Shown here one piece after another: positions 48,193 through 57,231 of a DNA stretch of 64,000 nucleotides (position 1 is its first letter; every line of letters begins with the position of its first letter). The notes under the pieces are model-generated. The model was not told where the DNA came from, ran no database searches, and saw only the letters and a program-made list of their open reading frames with translations. The position numbers and the translations under genes are program-made. The stretch covers positions 33,600 through 97,599 of the forward strand of contig CAZSZC010000002.1 in assembly GCA_964610775.1 (NCBI GenBank). Reading direction: 5' to 3'. This DNA comes from an uncultured Candidatus Saccharibacteria bacterium (GTDB lineage: Bacteria > Patescibacteriota > Saccharimonadia > Saccharimonadales > JACQNP01).

Positions 48193-48612
48193 ATGTCTAG
48201 TCAATCATTTATACTTAACAAAATATTAAGAAACAAGGGCTTTAGTAATACTGTTGTTCGTCAAAATATCTTTGAATCACTTCAAGGTAAAGAACCCTTA
48301 ACTATACAAAATATAATATCCTCAAACCCAACAATAGATCGAGCAAGTGTATATAGAACTATTGACCTATTTGAAAAGATTGGGGTTGTACAGAGGTTAC
48401 AGATTGGCTGGAAGTATAAAATCGAATTGACTGATCAGTTTCACGCTCATCATCACCACGTAGTTTGCATAGTTTGCGGTCGCATTGATAACTTCTCCGA
48501 ACCAGATTATGTAGAAACTAATGTTATGCGAGCCGCCAGTAAGCTAGGCTATAAACCAACTAGTCATCAGTTAGAAATACGTGGTCTTTGTCCAGATTGT
48601 CAAACTAAATGA
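48193..48612 (+). CDS. zur: Fur-family metalloregulator, likely Zur
   Basis: Start placed at the ATG at 48193 (caller used TTG 48157, which falls inside the predicted -35). Winged-helix N-terminus, His-rich HAHHHH, two CxxC pairs (CIVCG, CPDC). Divergent from the ZIP transporter gene. Confidence 0.75.
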   Translation: MSSQSFILNKILRNKGFSNTVVRQNIFESLQGKEPLTIQNIISSNPTIDRASVYRTIDLFEKIGVVQRLQIGWKYKIELTDQFHAHHHHVVCIVCGRIDNFSEPDYVETNVMRAASKLGYKPTSHQLEIRGLCPDCQTK

Positions 48613-48635
48613 CCCCGAGCTACTGCTCAGGGTCT

Positions 48636-48662
48636 TATATGGAAGTCTCTCACTTCCATATA
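48636..48662. repeat. 11-bp perfect palindrome between zur stop and the dagK-like gene
   Basis: TATATGGAAGT-CTCTC-ACTTCCATATA; no following T-tract; an imperfect GC hairpin (CCCGAGC...GCTCAGGG) lies just before it. Confidence 0.4.
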
Positions 48663-48710
48663 AAGCATAACCTAAATAATTTATCGGTACAAGCTATAAT
48701 TGAATAAAAT

Positions 48711-49592
48711 ATGAAACCCTATAGTCCAGTAATAATTATCTATAATCCAATGAGTACAAGTGGTAAGGCTAAGGCTAAAGCCTCTAGATTACAAAAGCAA
48801 TTAATCAGAAGGAAGTATAAAGATGTCAGATTACTAGAATCAGAGTACCCGGGCCACAGTGAAGTTATCGCATACGAAACAACCAAAGAATACAAGCGAC
48901 CACTAATTATTTCAGTTAGTGGCGACGGGGGCTACAACGAAGTAATTAATGGGGCACTAAGAGCAGAGATAGAAACTCCTGGGCATCAGGCAATTTGTGC
49001 TATTGTTGCAGCTGGCAACGCTAATGATCATCGTCGAGCGACTGCTATAAGACCTATGATATGGGCGATTACTCACGTAAAGCCTGAACCAATAGATGTG
49101 CTTAGGATTCAGTATGGCAAAGTTACTCGTTATGCACATTCTTATATTGGCATAGGTATTACAGGGGAAACCGTGGCACAGCTAAATCGTGAAAAATTAA
49201 CACGCTGGAAAGAAATCAAAATTGTAACTAGAAATCTGCTCAACTTCCAACATTTCACGATCCAAACTCCTGAGAGGACTAGAGAGATTGATAGTTTAGT
49301 CTTCGCAAACATACACCGCATGTCAAAAATAATAAGAGTTAACACTCGCACTGATTTACATGACGGATTATTTAACTTTGTGCTAATACCCCACCGAACT
49401 CGTTTGAAATTTTTATTCATACTCATTGGAATAGTAGTATTTGGCGTAAAGAACCCTGTGCTCTTAAGTTCATATCAATTTACCCTACCAAAGCCACAGT
49501 TAGCCCAGCTCGATGGTGAAGCAATTGCTTTGCCAGCAAAAACCATAATTAAAGTCGATGTTCTTAATGAAGCGCTCCTTACTGTCCGCTAG
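48711..49592 (+). CDS. diacylglycerol/lipid kinase catalytic-domain protein (DagK/YegS-like)
   Basis: 293 aa; VIIIYNPMSTSG and SGDGGYNEV (GGDGT-type) motifs of DAGK_cat. Confidence 0.7.
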   Translation: MKPYSPVIIIYNPMSTSGKAKAKASRLQKQLIRRKYKDVRLLESEYPGHSEVIAYETTKEYKRPLIISVSGDGGYNEVINGALRAEIETPGHQAICAIVAAGNANDHRRATAIRPMIWAITHVKPEPIDVLRIQYGKVTRYAHSYIGIGITGETVAQLNREKLTRWKEIKIVTRNLLNFQHFTIQTPERTREIDSLVFANIHRMSKIIRVNTRTDLHDGLFNFVLIPHRTRLKFLFILIGIVVFGVKNPVLLSSYQFTLPKPQLAQLDGEAIALPAKTIIKVDVLNEALLTVR

Positions 49593-49974
49593 TTCTTTCA
49601 TTACGTTCTAAAGAGTGAATTCTGTTATGATCAAGTCCAAAATAGTGCGCCACTTCATGCCATAAAGTGCGGCCAATCTTATCACGTAGACCATCAATAC
49701 TGTCTGCGGCTGATTCGAGCGGCAACTTAAAAAGCGTTATCTTGTCCGGTAGCACTAGGTTGTAGCCTGCACCTCTTTTTGTCAGCGGAATGCCCTCATA
49801 CAACCCGAACAATGTTTGATTACAATGTAATTTTAGATTTTTGCGCTGTTCCTCGGTTGGCTCGTTTTCCCAAAAAATACCAACATTATCCATCCTTTTT
49901 GCGTACTTATCTGGAATATTATCAATAGCCTGTACTAACAATTCCTCAAATTTATCATCAGAAACTTTAATCAT
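49579..49974 (-). CDS. zincin-like metallopeptidase-family protein (DUF1025-like)
   Basis: 131 aa; HEVAHYFG HExxH motif near the C-terminus; 14-nt convergent overlap with the DagK gene. Confidence 0.6.
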   Translation of the reverse strand: MIKVSDDKFEELLVQAIDNIPDKYAKRMDNVGIFWENEPTEEQRKNLKLHCNQTLFGLYEGIPLTKRGAGYNLVLPDKITLFKLPLESAADSIDGLRDKIGRTLWHEVAHYFGLDHNRIHSLERNERTSGQ

Positions 49975-49989
49975 AAATTTTTATATTCT

Positions 49990-50868
49990 TCAGCTCTTGA
50001 ACTTTCGGTAAGAGGCGTCGGTGATACTAATTCTAAATACCACAAATGATCCCTCTTGAATTTTGGTTACTGGTGTTGTTGATTTGTTATCTTTATATTG
50101 TCGTTCTTTGGTTAGTAAACTAAATACCTGATTGGTCACCGCTACGTCTGTAACCACTGAAGCCAGTCCACTAACTTGTAAAGATTGTAGGGAATACTCG
50201 TCAAAAATAGTCAAAGCAACCTGTGGGTGCTGTAACATATTACGCGCCTTACTTGTTTCAGACTTGGTCAATATATATAACTGATCATCTGGGTCGCAAA
50301 GATAATACACAGTTGCGCCGCATACATTACCTGTTCGATCTATAGTTGATAACACACCTATGGTATTAGTTTGTAAAAAACTTCGAGCAGGGTTGTCAAG
50401 TTCATAAGGTTTTGCCAAAGGTTGCCATGAAGCATCAAAGCTATCTGGAGCTTCTTTGTTCCTAACTGAGTTTGACTGCTCTAACTGCTTAGATTCTAAA
50501 TAATTAACAAACTTATTTGCCTGTTTATTATTTACAAACCTTAGGTTATATTCACCAACCCTTGTATGAACAATAATATTAGAAAACAACCCTTGCGTAT
50601 GATGCATAACCCCCGAAACAACATCATAACTAATCTCATCAATGGATGAATAGAACGATTTGCAATCAAGAAATAATAGTCGTTTATCTGTTGCAACCAG
50701 CATAACCGCTCCAGTAGCAGAACGACCGTTTATAGCTGCACCTATATGTTCATCGTCATGTATTACCTGCGGCAACCGTCGCGTTTCGTTCTTTGTTAAT
50801 GAATAACGCGTCAATCCTGCAGACAGTAATTCTTTCTTGACTCGTCGTTTATGATCCTGCTCAGTCAT
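49990..50868 (-). CDS. fusion protein: bacterial PH-like domain plus pyridoxamine-5'-phosphate-oxidase-like (FMN-binding split-barrel) domain
   Basis: 292 aa; N-terminal region (GAVMLVATDKRLLFLD...ISYDVVSGV) has the bPH pattern; C-terminal region (NTIGVLSTIDRTGNVCGATVYY...VALTIFD) has the PNPOx-like split-barrel pattern. Confidence 0.55.
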   Translation of the reverse strand: MTEQDHKRRVKKELLSAGLTRYSLTKNETRRLPQVIHDDEHIGAAINGRSATGAVMLVATDKRLLFLDCKSFYSSIDEISYDVVSGVMHHTQGLFSNIIVHTRVGEYNLRFVNNKQANKFVNYLESKQLEQSNSVRNKEAPDSFDASWQPLAKPYELDNPARSFLQTNTIGVLSTIDRTGNVCGATVYYLCDPDDQLYILTKSETSKARNMLQHPQVALTIFDEYSLQSLQVSGLASVVTDVAVTNQVFSLLTKERQYKDNKSTTPVTKIQEGSFVVFRISITDASYRKFKS

Positions 50869-50994
50869 AATACTACCTCTTAGTTAATATTATACGCTGC
50901 TTGCGATATGCAAACTATTAATCGCACAATTATTATTTTAACCTACAGCTAATTGATGTCGCGGAGTATAATTAGTAGTGTAGAAATAACAAAG

Positions 50995-51000
50995 AGGAGG
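50995..51000 (+). promoter_or_regulatory. Shine-Dalgarno AGGAGG for the gene at 51006
   Basis: Perfect AGGAGG with a 5-nt spacer to the ATG. Confidence 0.5.
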
Positions 51001-51005
51001 ATTAT

Positions 51006-51419
51006 ATGAAAGGACCTATTGATTACATTGTTGTCGGCTTTGATGGCAATAAGTTTGATGGCAGTATACTCAAGGCAATAGGTGATGCCATAGAAAGTGG
51101 AACCATCGGTTTGGTAGCATTATCAGTAGTTATTAAAGACAGTAATGACCAAGTGACCTCACTAGATATTGCAGCATCAGGCGATGATTATATTGTTGAT
51201 TTTGTTGAAAAATACAAGCCAAATAATGACCTAATCAGCATGGAAGATGTCGATGAAGTAGCCGAATTATTAGAACCCAATACTAGTGCCGGATTCTTAG
51301 TAATTGAGCATTTATGGGCTAAGCCACTCAAAAAGGCCATTATCGATGCCAATGGATTTTTAGTTGCTGAAGGACGCATACATCCTGAAGCATTAAACGA
51401 ACTTGATAAGGAGGACTAA
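51006..51419 (+). CDS. hypothetical soluble protein (137 aa)
   Basis: Strong AGGAGG SD 5 nt upstream of the ATG; acidic protein; 3-nt gap to the following SHOCT gene. Confidence 0.55.
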   Translation: MKGPIDYIVVGFDGNKFDGSILKAIGDAIESGTIGLVALSVVIKDSNDQVTSLDIAASGDDYIVDFVEKYKPNNDLISMEDVDEVAELLEPNTSAGFLVIEHLWAKPLKKAIIDANGFLVAEGRIHPEALNELDKED

Positions 51420-51422
51420 ACC

Positions 51423-51689
51423 ATGCCAGGACTACTAAGAGGTATGGCTCGTACAGCCGTCATAGCCGGAACTGCTACAGCGGTTTCAAATAATGTAAGT
51501 CGCCGACAGGCACAAAGATGGGCCGCAGATGAGCAGCCTACTGAGGCCGCTCCGTCGCCACAGCAAGCCGTTCCGGCCAACGAAGATCCTGCAGTTGCTC
51601 AATTACAGCAGTTGGCACAACTAAAAGAACAGGGCATTTTGACAGAGGAAGAATTTGACGCAAAGAAGAAGCAGATCCTAGGTATCTAA
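51423..51689 (+). CDS. SHOCT-domain protein
   Basis: 88 aa; Gly/Ala-rich N-terminus, Pro/Ala/Gln linker, C-terminal LKEQGILTEEEFDAKKKQILG is the SHOCT motif. Confidence 0.6.
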   Translation: MPGLLRGMARTAVIAGTATAVSNNVSRRQAQRWAADEQPTEAAPSPQQAVPANEDPAVAQLQQLAQLKEQGILTEEEFDAKKKQILGI

Positions 51690-51707
51690 CTTCCCTATTA
51701 GTCAATA

Positions 51708-51738
51708 TTAAGAAACACACCAATGGTGTGTTTCTTAA
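51708..51738. terminator. bidirectional intrinsic-terminator-like hairpin between the SHOCT gene and the MFS gene
   Basis: Perfect 14-bp inverted repeat TTAAGAAACACACC / GGTGTGTTTCTTAA with a 3-nt loop, flanked by T/A-rich sequence; overlaps the MFS stop codon; convergent gene ends on both sides. Confidence 0.6.
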
Positions 51739-53363
51739 TTAGATGACTTAATAACTTTGTCTGGAATAGACTTAGAAAGCATAATAGATAAAAGTGTGAT
51801 TATAATTAGAACAAATATTGCTCTTTTCAGGCCAAAAAGTTGTGATGATTCGTAATCAGAGCTAAGTTGAGAAGCTTGCTGTTCGGATAAGCCATTACTA
51901 AGTGCACTTTGTTCAACACTTGCAGCTGAAACTATAGGCACGCCAGTTTGTTGTGCTTTTTCAGAAATCGAGGATTTTACGTTATCTGGAAGTGACGGAT
52001 TATTTGTGATCGAACTCATAAAACTACTTGTTAATGCCAAGACCATCATAGAACCTATCAGTGCTGTACCAAATGATGATCCAAGATTTTGGAAAGTCCC
52101 ACTCAGCCCACCAACCTCACTTGATTTTGACTCGTCAACGGCCGACATATTAACGGCGCCTAGTTGAGACGCCAGAAGACCAAGTCCGGCACCAACAGCA
52201 AACATTGATAACGCAAATGCATAGCCCGTTAATTCTGGATCGATAGCCGCCAGCAAGCAAACCGAACCAATAACCAACAACCACTGACCAACACGTACAA
52301 TTTGTTTTGGCGTTTTCCTATTAACCATTTTCGAGCCAAGAATGGAGAATATAATTAAGGCCACAGACAGTGGGAATATCTTTATTCCGGTTTTAAGAGC
52401 ATCAAGTCCGAGAACCATTTGAAGGTAAATAGGTACAACAAAGAAGACGGCCGCAGTGACAACATATTGTGACATTAGTACTACTAGACCCGATTGTAGT
52501 TGAGCAATTTTAAGCATCGATACTTGCACTAGAGGATTGCGCTTCAAGTTCTCGAGCTTAGTTTGACGATCAATGAAAAGTTTCATTACAAATAAACCGC
52601 CAATTATTAGATACGCAACGATTGATATGCCAAGCGGCGCTATTGAATGACCATTAATTGAAGGTTTTGCCATCGGAGTTATCCAACCCCAAGTTTTACT
52701 TTGCAGCATCCCATATACCAACAAAACCATACCAGTAACTGATAGAAAAACGCTCGGGAGATCAATCTTAATCTTTAAGGGTTTCGATGTGTCTTCGAAT
52801 CGGCGTGACATTATAAGGACGAATAGCATCACGATTGTTTCAGCAATAAACACATATCTCCAAGATAAATAAGTGGTCATAAAACCACCGATTAACGGTC
52901 CGGCAGCGGCTGCTGCTCCGCTAATACCGCCAATTATGGCGTATGCTACGACCCGATCTTTACCCTTGTAGTTTATAGCAATTAAGGCTACAATAGCAGG
53001 AATAACCAAAACAGCACCCAATCCTTCTATGATAGACCAGCCTAAGAAAAGTGTAGTTATATTTGGGCTTAGTCCTGTCAGTAACGAACCAATGCCGTAA
53101 ACTACCGAACCTATTACAAAAGCACGTAATAGTCCCCATTTAGCACAAAGCTTAGCCCCAAGTAACATAAATGCTGCCATCGTCAGAGTATAAAATGTAA
53201 TCGCCGACTGTAACGCACTGACTGTTGTATTTAAGTCTTGGACAACTTTAGATATTGAAACATTCATAACGGTACTATCAAGAACCATAACAAATTGAGC
53301 TAATGCTAGGATTGCTACTACCAACCACTTACTCTTCTGGTTTGATTTAGACATTGGTTTCAT
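51735..53363 (-). CDS. MFS transporter, DHA2 (14-TM drug:H+ antiporter, EmrB/QacA-like)
   Basis: 542 aa; about 14 hydrophobic segments; MFS motif A-like GxLxDRxGxR variants; central extra TM pair typical of DHA2. Confidence 0.85.
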   Translation of the reverse strand: MKPMSKSNQKSKWLVVAILALAQFVMVLDSTVMNVSISKVVQDLNTTVSALQSAITFYTLTMAAFMLLGAKLCAKWGLLRAFVIGSVVYGIGSLLTGLSPNITTLFLGWSIIEGLGAVLVIPAIVALIAINYKGKDRVVAYAIIGGISGAAAAAGPLIGGFMTTYLSWRYVFIAETIVMLFVLIMSRRFEDTSKPLKIKIDLPSVFLSVTGMVLLVYGMLQSKTWGWITPMAKPSINGHSIAPLGISIVAYLIIGGLFVMKLFIDRQTKLENLKRNPLVQVSMLKIAQLQSGLVVLMSQYVVTAAVFFVVPIYLQMVLGLDALKTGIKIFPLSVALIIFSILGSKMVNRKTPKQIVRVGQWLLVIGSVCLLAAIDPELTGYAFALSMFAVGAGLGLLASQLGAVNMSAVDESKSSEVGGLSGTFQNLGSSFGTALIGSMMVLALTSSFMSSITNNPSLPDNVKSSISEKAQQTGVPIVSAASVEQSALSNGLSEQQASQLSSDYESSQLFGLKRAIFVLIIITLLSIMLSKSIPDKVIKSSN

Positions 53364-53369
53364 TATATA

Positions 53370-54074
53370 TCAATAAGATCCCTTAGAGAATGGTGACGCA
53401 TATTGAATGCTATTAAAAATTAAACGCGCTTGGTCGAGAGCATGCTCGCGATCAACTGATTGATCAAACATGCCAAATGGTAGTGCTGTGATTTCGCATC
53501 CCGCAATCTTGGCATCAACCTCTACTATAGGTGTATACGGGCTTTTATTTATGAAATATAGCTCTCCGTCTTCCTGTTCGAAAGCGGCACTATAGGTTTT
53601 ATCACTATGCCTTCGCCCGTGCTGAGATTGGTCAAATGCGTCCACCGCATCAACAAAATATTGTGCATCGCCAAAATGATCAACCGTAATATCACGCGTA
53701 ATCATACATCCTGGACATACAATGTTTTCATAGAAACGAATTAACGGCGGTTCTATTTTTGATCTGTCGCTAGCAACATCCATAGTTACTAGAGTCTCGG
53801 CACTTTCCCACCAATTATCATTTTCTGTATTTTCATTGGGGAAACTTCTAAACATCAGCCAGGTGTGATTACCCTCCAAATTATTTCGCTGAAACATATT
53901 AATAACATCGGCCCTGAAAACAGCTACTTGATCCTGAAAAGCTGATTCTATCAATGCCAGATTATTGGAAATTAGTTTACGCATTGCAAAATGCGACTCA
54001 CTCAATTCATGAATTGAAGTTATGCTTCTAGGGGTCATAGTTGCTATTGTTGTCATAATTGGAAAAGAATGCAA
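53370..54074 (-). CDS. hypothetical protein (234 aa) upstream of the MFS exporter
   Basis: ORF with 6-nt gap to the MFS gene; Cys pair CPGCM; no family recognised. Confidence 0.5.
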   Translation of the reverse strand: MHSFPIMTTIATMTPRSITSIHELSESHFAMRKLISNNLALIESAFQDQVAVFRADVINMFQRNNLEGNHTWLMFRSFPNENTENDNWWESAETLVTMDVASDRSKIEPPLIRFYENIVCPGCMITRDITVDHFGDAQYFVDAVDAFDQSQHGRRHSDKTYSAAFEQEDGELYFINKSPYTPIVEVDAKIAGCEITALPFGMFDQSVDREHALDQARLIFNSIQYASPFSKGSY

Positions 54075-54157
54075 GCTATACCACTATATTGACTCCTTAG
54101 TGTGATGCTTCTACAATCAGGCTTATAAACATAAGCAATACGCGTCGGAGGGATATA

Positions 54158-54934
54158 ATGAAACGTAAACACGATCAACGCGGAGCTTTGAGCCCCGTAC
54201 TCATTGTAGTAATTGTTATAGTTATAGGAGTTATTGGTTTCGCTGGCTATAGTGTCTATAACAATAAGAAAAAAGATCAATCAACAACCTCCAACGCTAC
54301 TATCTCGAATGAAGTTAAGGAAGAAGTTAATGCAGCTTGTATAAAAGAAGTAAACGACAAGGATCTGTGTAAGTTCTTAAGCAACTGGGAGAATTCCAAG
54401 ACCTACAAAGCAACTATAATCAGTACAGATGCACAAGGCCAAAAGAATGTTATGAAACTTGAGGCTGATGGCGATAATACGTCAAGTACAGTTCTAGATA
54501 ACGACAAAGAGACATCTGCCTATATTAGCTTGAATAAGGTTTACTACATGAAGGACGAGGAAAAGGGAGTGTGGTACAAAATGCCAAGCACCCAAACGCC
54601 GGCAGCGACCGAAACTAACCCAGTTTCCAAGCTTAGCAATGAAACAAAAGAACCAGAGACGGCAGGTGAAACAAAAAACACCACAACATATAAGAAGATT
54701 GGCAAAGAAGCCTGTGGCAACAAAACATGTTTTAAGTATCAAATTATAGATACATCAGATAGTGAAACTGTTGAATCATACGTCTGGTTCAGTGATAGCG
54801 ACTACAAGTTAGTGCGTTGGTCAACCAAGTCCAAGGATGGCAGTACTAGTGACAGTAACTTTAGTTACGACAAAGTGACCATTGTCGCTCCAACACCAGT
54901 TCAGGACTATCAAATGCCTGATTTGCCTCAATAA
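54158..54934 (+). CDS. hypothetical membrane-anchored extracytoplasmic protein
   Basis: 258 aa; N-terminal TM (VLIVVIVIVIGVIGFAGYSVY), Ser/Thr/Asn-rich region, four Cys; followed by a perfect 15-bp hairpin. Confidence 0.5.
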   Translation: MKRKHDQRGALSPVLIVVIVIVIGVIGFAGYSVYNNKKKDQSTTSNATISNEVKEEVNAACIKEVNDKDLCKFLSNWENSKTYKATIISTDAQGQKNVMKLEADGDNTSSTVLDNDKETSAYISLNKVYYMKDEEKGVWYKMPSTQTPAATETNPVSKLSNETKEPETAGETKNTTTYKKIGKEACGNKTCFKYQIIDTSDSETVESYVWFSDSDYKLVRWSTKSKDGSTSDSNFSYDKVTIVAPTPVQDYQMPDLPQ

Positions 54935-54944
54935 AGCATATACA

Positions 54945-54982
54945 AATAAATAACACCACCTTTTTAAGTGGTGTTATTTATT
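54945..54982. terminator. bidirectional intrinsic-terminator-like hairpin between convergent genes
   Basis: Perfect 15-bp inverted repeat AATAAATAACACCAC / GTGGTGTTATTTATT with an 8-nt CTTTTTAA loop, 10 nt after the stop of 54158..54934 and 18 nt after the stop of 55000..55263. Confidence 0.6.
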
Positions 54983-54999
54983 ACTTACAAAATATATAG

Positions 55000-55263
55000 T
55001 TATTTACTTCTTGCCGAATAAAGGGCAAGTTTTCGACGAGCTGCGGCAATACTTGTAGACACAACAATTATGTATAGTAATCCAACTGTGCATGTTTCGA
55101 TCATACGACTATGGTTAGCAAATATGAGATAGCCACCACTTGCAATTGTTACAAATAACAAACTGTAAGAGGTCCTCAGTCGCAAAGTAGTAGGTTTGTT
55201 ATACAATGCCAATGTATAGATTACGCTGGTGATAGCAATAATTATGTGAATCAATAAAATCAT
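55000..55263 (-). CDS. hypothetical small membrane protein (87 aa, 3 TM)
   Basis: Hydrophobic ORF downstream of cyoE; no clear SD, so weak. Confidence 0.35.
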   Translation of the reverse strand: MILLIHIIIAITSVIYTLALYNKPTTLRLRTSYSLLFVTIASGGYLIFANHSRMIETCTVGLLYIIVVSTSIAAARRKLALYSARSK

Positions 55264-55286
55264 AAGCAGGATTATACACTATAGCT

Positions 55287-56141
55287 TCAAGGAATCCAGG
55301 AGTTTATAGACAATATTACACATAAACAAGTTAAAACGATCAGCGAAAAACCAAACATCTTACCTGCCCAAATACGCGTATCGACTACATTGTAGCCCTT
55401 AGCACTTCTATAAAACCATACCACTGACAGGCTGAGCATAACAATTAGATATGTAATCCCCGTATAGCCAAATATTGTTAGTAAAGGAACTGTTAAAGTA
55501 AAAACTATAATGTAGATGAGGATCCTCTTTTTAGTTACTTCCAGCCCCCTGCTTACAGGCAGAATTGGAATACGCGCCTTTTTATAATCTTTAAGTCTGA
55601 AAATACCAACTGCATAAAAATGTGGCATCTGCCAAAAAACTAACAGAAGAAATAGACACAGACTAGCGATGTCAAATCTTCCAGTAAAAGCACAATAACC
55701 TACAACCGGCGGGACTGCTCCTGAGATACTTCCTATTTCTGTACTAAAAACAGTAACGCGCTTGAAATATCCATAGACAATTACATACATAAAAAAACCA
55801 AAAAGTGCGAATATCGTAGCTAGGGTTGTCGTAAAATAACCCAGCATTACTGTTCCTATTATTAATAGAAAAAATGCAAATATTAGGGCGTTGACTACTG
55901 GTACACCACCGGTTGCCAGAGCTCTCTTACTCGTTCTAGACATCTTTTGATCAATATCTTTATCTATGTAGTTATTGCATACACAAGCGGAAGCTATTAT
56001 GCAGCCCAGACCAATTATTACGGCAACCAAAGACTTCCATTCAACATTACCTTGGGCGGCTAGTAGAAAACCAGCTATAGCGGTCATGGCATTACCGCGA
56101 ACAATTCCGGGCTTAGTTAGGCTAGTATATTCTTTCAACAT
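55287..56141 (-). CDS. cyoE: protoheme IX farnesyltransferase (heme O synthase, UbiA family)
   Basis: 284 aa; NxxxDxxxD (NNYIDKDID) and second Asp-rich region, 8-9 TM; divergent from cyoA. Confidence 0.85.
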   Translation of the reverse strand: MLKEYTSLTKPGIVRGNAMTAIAGFLLAAQGNVEWKSLVAVIIGLGCIIASACVCNNYIDKDIDQKMSRTSKRALATGGVPVVNALIFAFFLLIIGTVMLGYFTTTLATIFALFGFFMYVIVYGYFKRVTVFSTEIGSISGAVPPVVGYCAFTGRFDIASLCLFLLLVFWQMPHFYAVGIFRLKDYKKARIPILPVSRGLEVTKKRILIYIIVFTLTVPLLTIFGYTGITYLIVMLSLSVVWFYRSAKGYNVVDTRIWAGKMFGFSLIVLTCLCVILSINSWIP

Positions 56142-56325
56142 ACTTACTAAACGAACACAGCAACATTGGTAATAGATTTAGCTTTGGCAATCCCACTATT
56201 ATAGCAGTAATATTCTTATGTTAATTGGCTGCTTGGTGTGGTGAAGTAAGAGATTATGTTATGTCAATCTGGGCTATGCTATAGTTACTATTATGGTTAC
56301 GGTTACATATTAATGGAGCCAAGTA

Positions 56326-57231
56326 TTGTCACGAAGTAGTAAAAAATCTAGATCTTCTTTGATCGTAGCAGTTGCTATGTCGATGCTGATTTGTTTTGTG
56401 CTTATTTTACAAGCTCTTCTTCGCGGCAAAAATGTTGCCTTACTTAACCCCAAGGGTCTAATCGCACAACAACAACACAACCTTCTGGTTTTTTCAGTAA
56501 TTTTACTTCTTACGATCGCTATACCAACACTTATTTTTCTTTATTCTACCGCTTGGAAATACCGTGATTCAAGCCCGAGAGCTATACATAATCCAGCTAA
56601 CAATCGTAGCAAATTACTTGTATTAAGCATGTGGCTACTGCCAACCATATTTATGCTTATTCTTGCCAGCGTCATGATACCGGCAACACATAAACTGTCA
56701 CCTCAAAAAACAATTGCCACCGACACCGAACCATTAACAATACAGGTAATATCATTACGCTGGAAATGGTTATTTATCTATCCTGATCAGAAAATTGCAA
56801 CGATTAACTTTGTGCAAGTTCCAATAAACACTCCTGTAACGTTTGAACTAACTGCGGATGAAACTCCCATGAGTTCATTCTGGATCCCAAATATCGGTGG
56901 ACAGTTATACTCGATGACCGGACATGTAAATAGACTAAACCTTATGGCAGAGAAAGCCGGCGATTACACAGGAAGTACAGCAGAAATAAACGGTGCTGGC
57001 TTTGCTGGTATGAGGTTTACAACCCGCGCCAGCAATAACGAAGACTTCGATCATTGGGTCGAAGAAGTAAAGAAGTCTCCTGATATTCTAGACAATGATA
57101 CTTATAGCAACTTGTTGAAACCCAGCGAGAACAATAAGACCGCTTTCTACTCTAATTATAAGGGTGATTTATATGATAAAGTGGTTATGAAATACTCAGA
57201 ACCGAGCGAAGGGCATATGCATCACGAATGA
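56326..57231 (+). CDS. cyoA: cytochrome bo3-type quinol oxidase subunit II
   Basis: 301 aa; two N-terminal TM helices; WKWLFIYP and SFWIPNIGGQ cupredoxin-domain motifs of CyoA (no CuA ligand set). Confidence 0.8.
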   Translation: MSRSSKKSRSSLIVAVAMSMLICFVLILQALLRGKNVALLNPKGLIAQQQHNLLVFSVILLLTIAIPTLIFLYSTAWKYRDSSPRAIHNPANNRSKLLVLSMWLLPTIFMLILASVMIPATHKLSPQKTIATDTEPLTIQVISLRWKWLFIYPDQKIATINFVQVPINTPVTFELTADETPMSSFWIPNIGGQLYSMTGHVNRLNLMAEKAGDYTGSTAEINGAGFAGMRFTTRASNNEDFDHWVEEVKKSPDILDNDTYSNLLKPSENNKTAFYSNYKGDLYDKVVMKYSEPSEGHMHHE

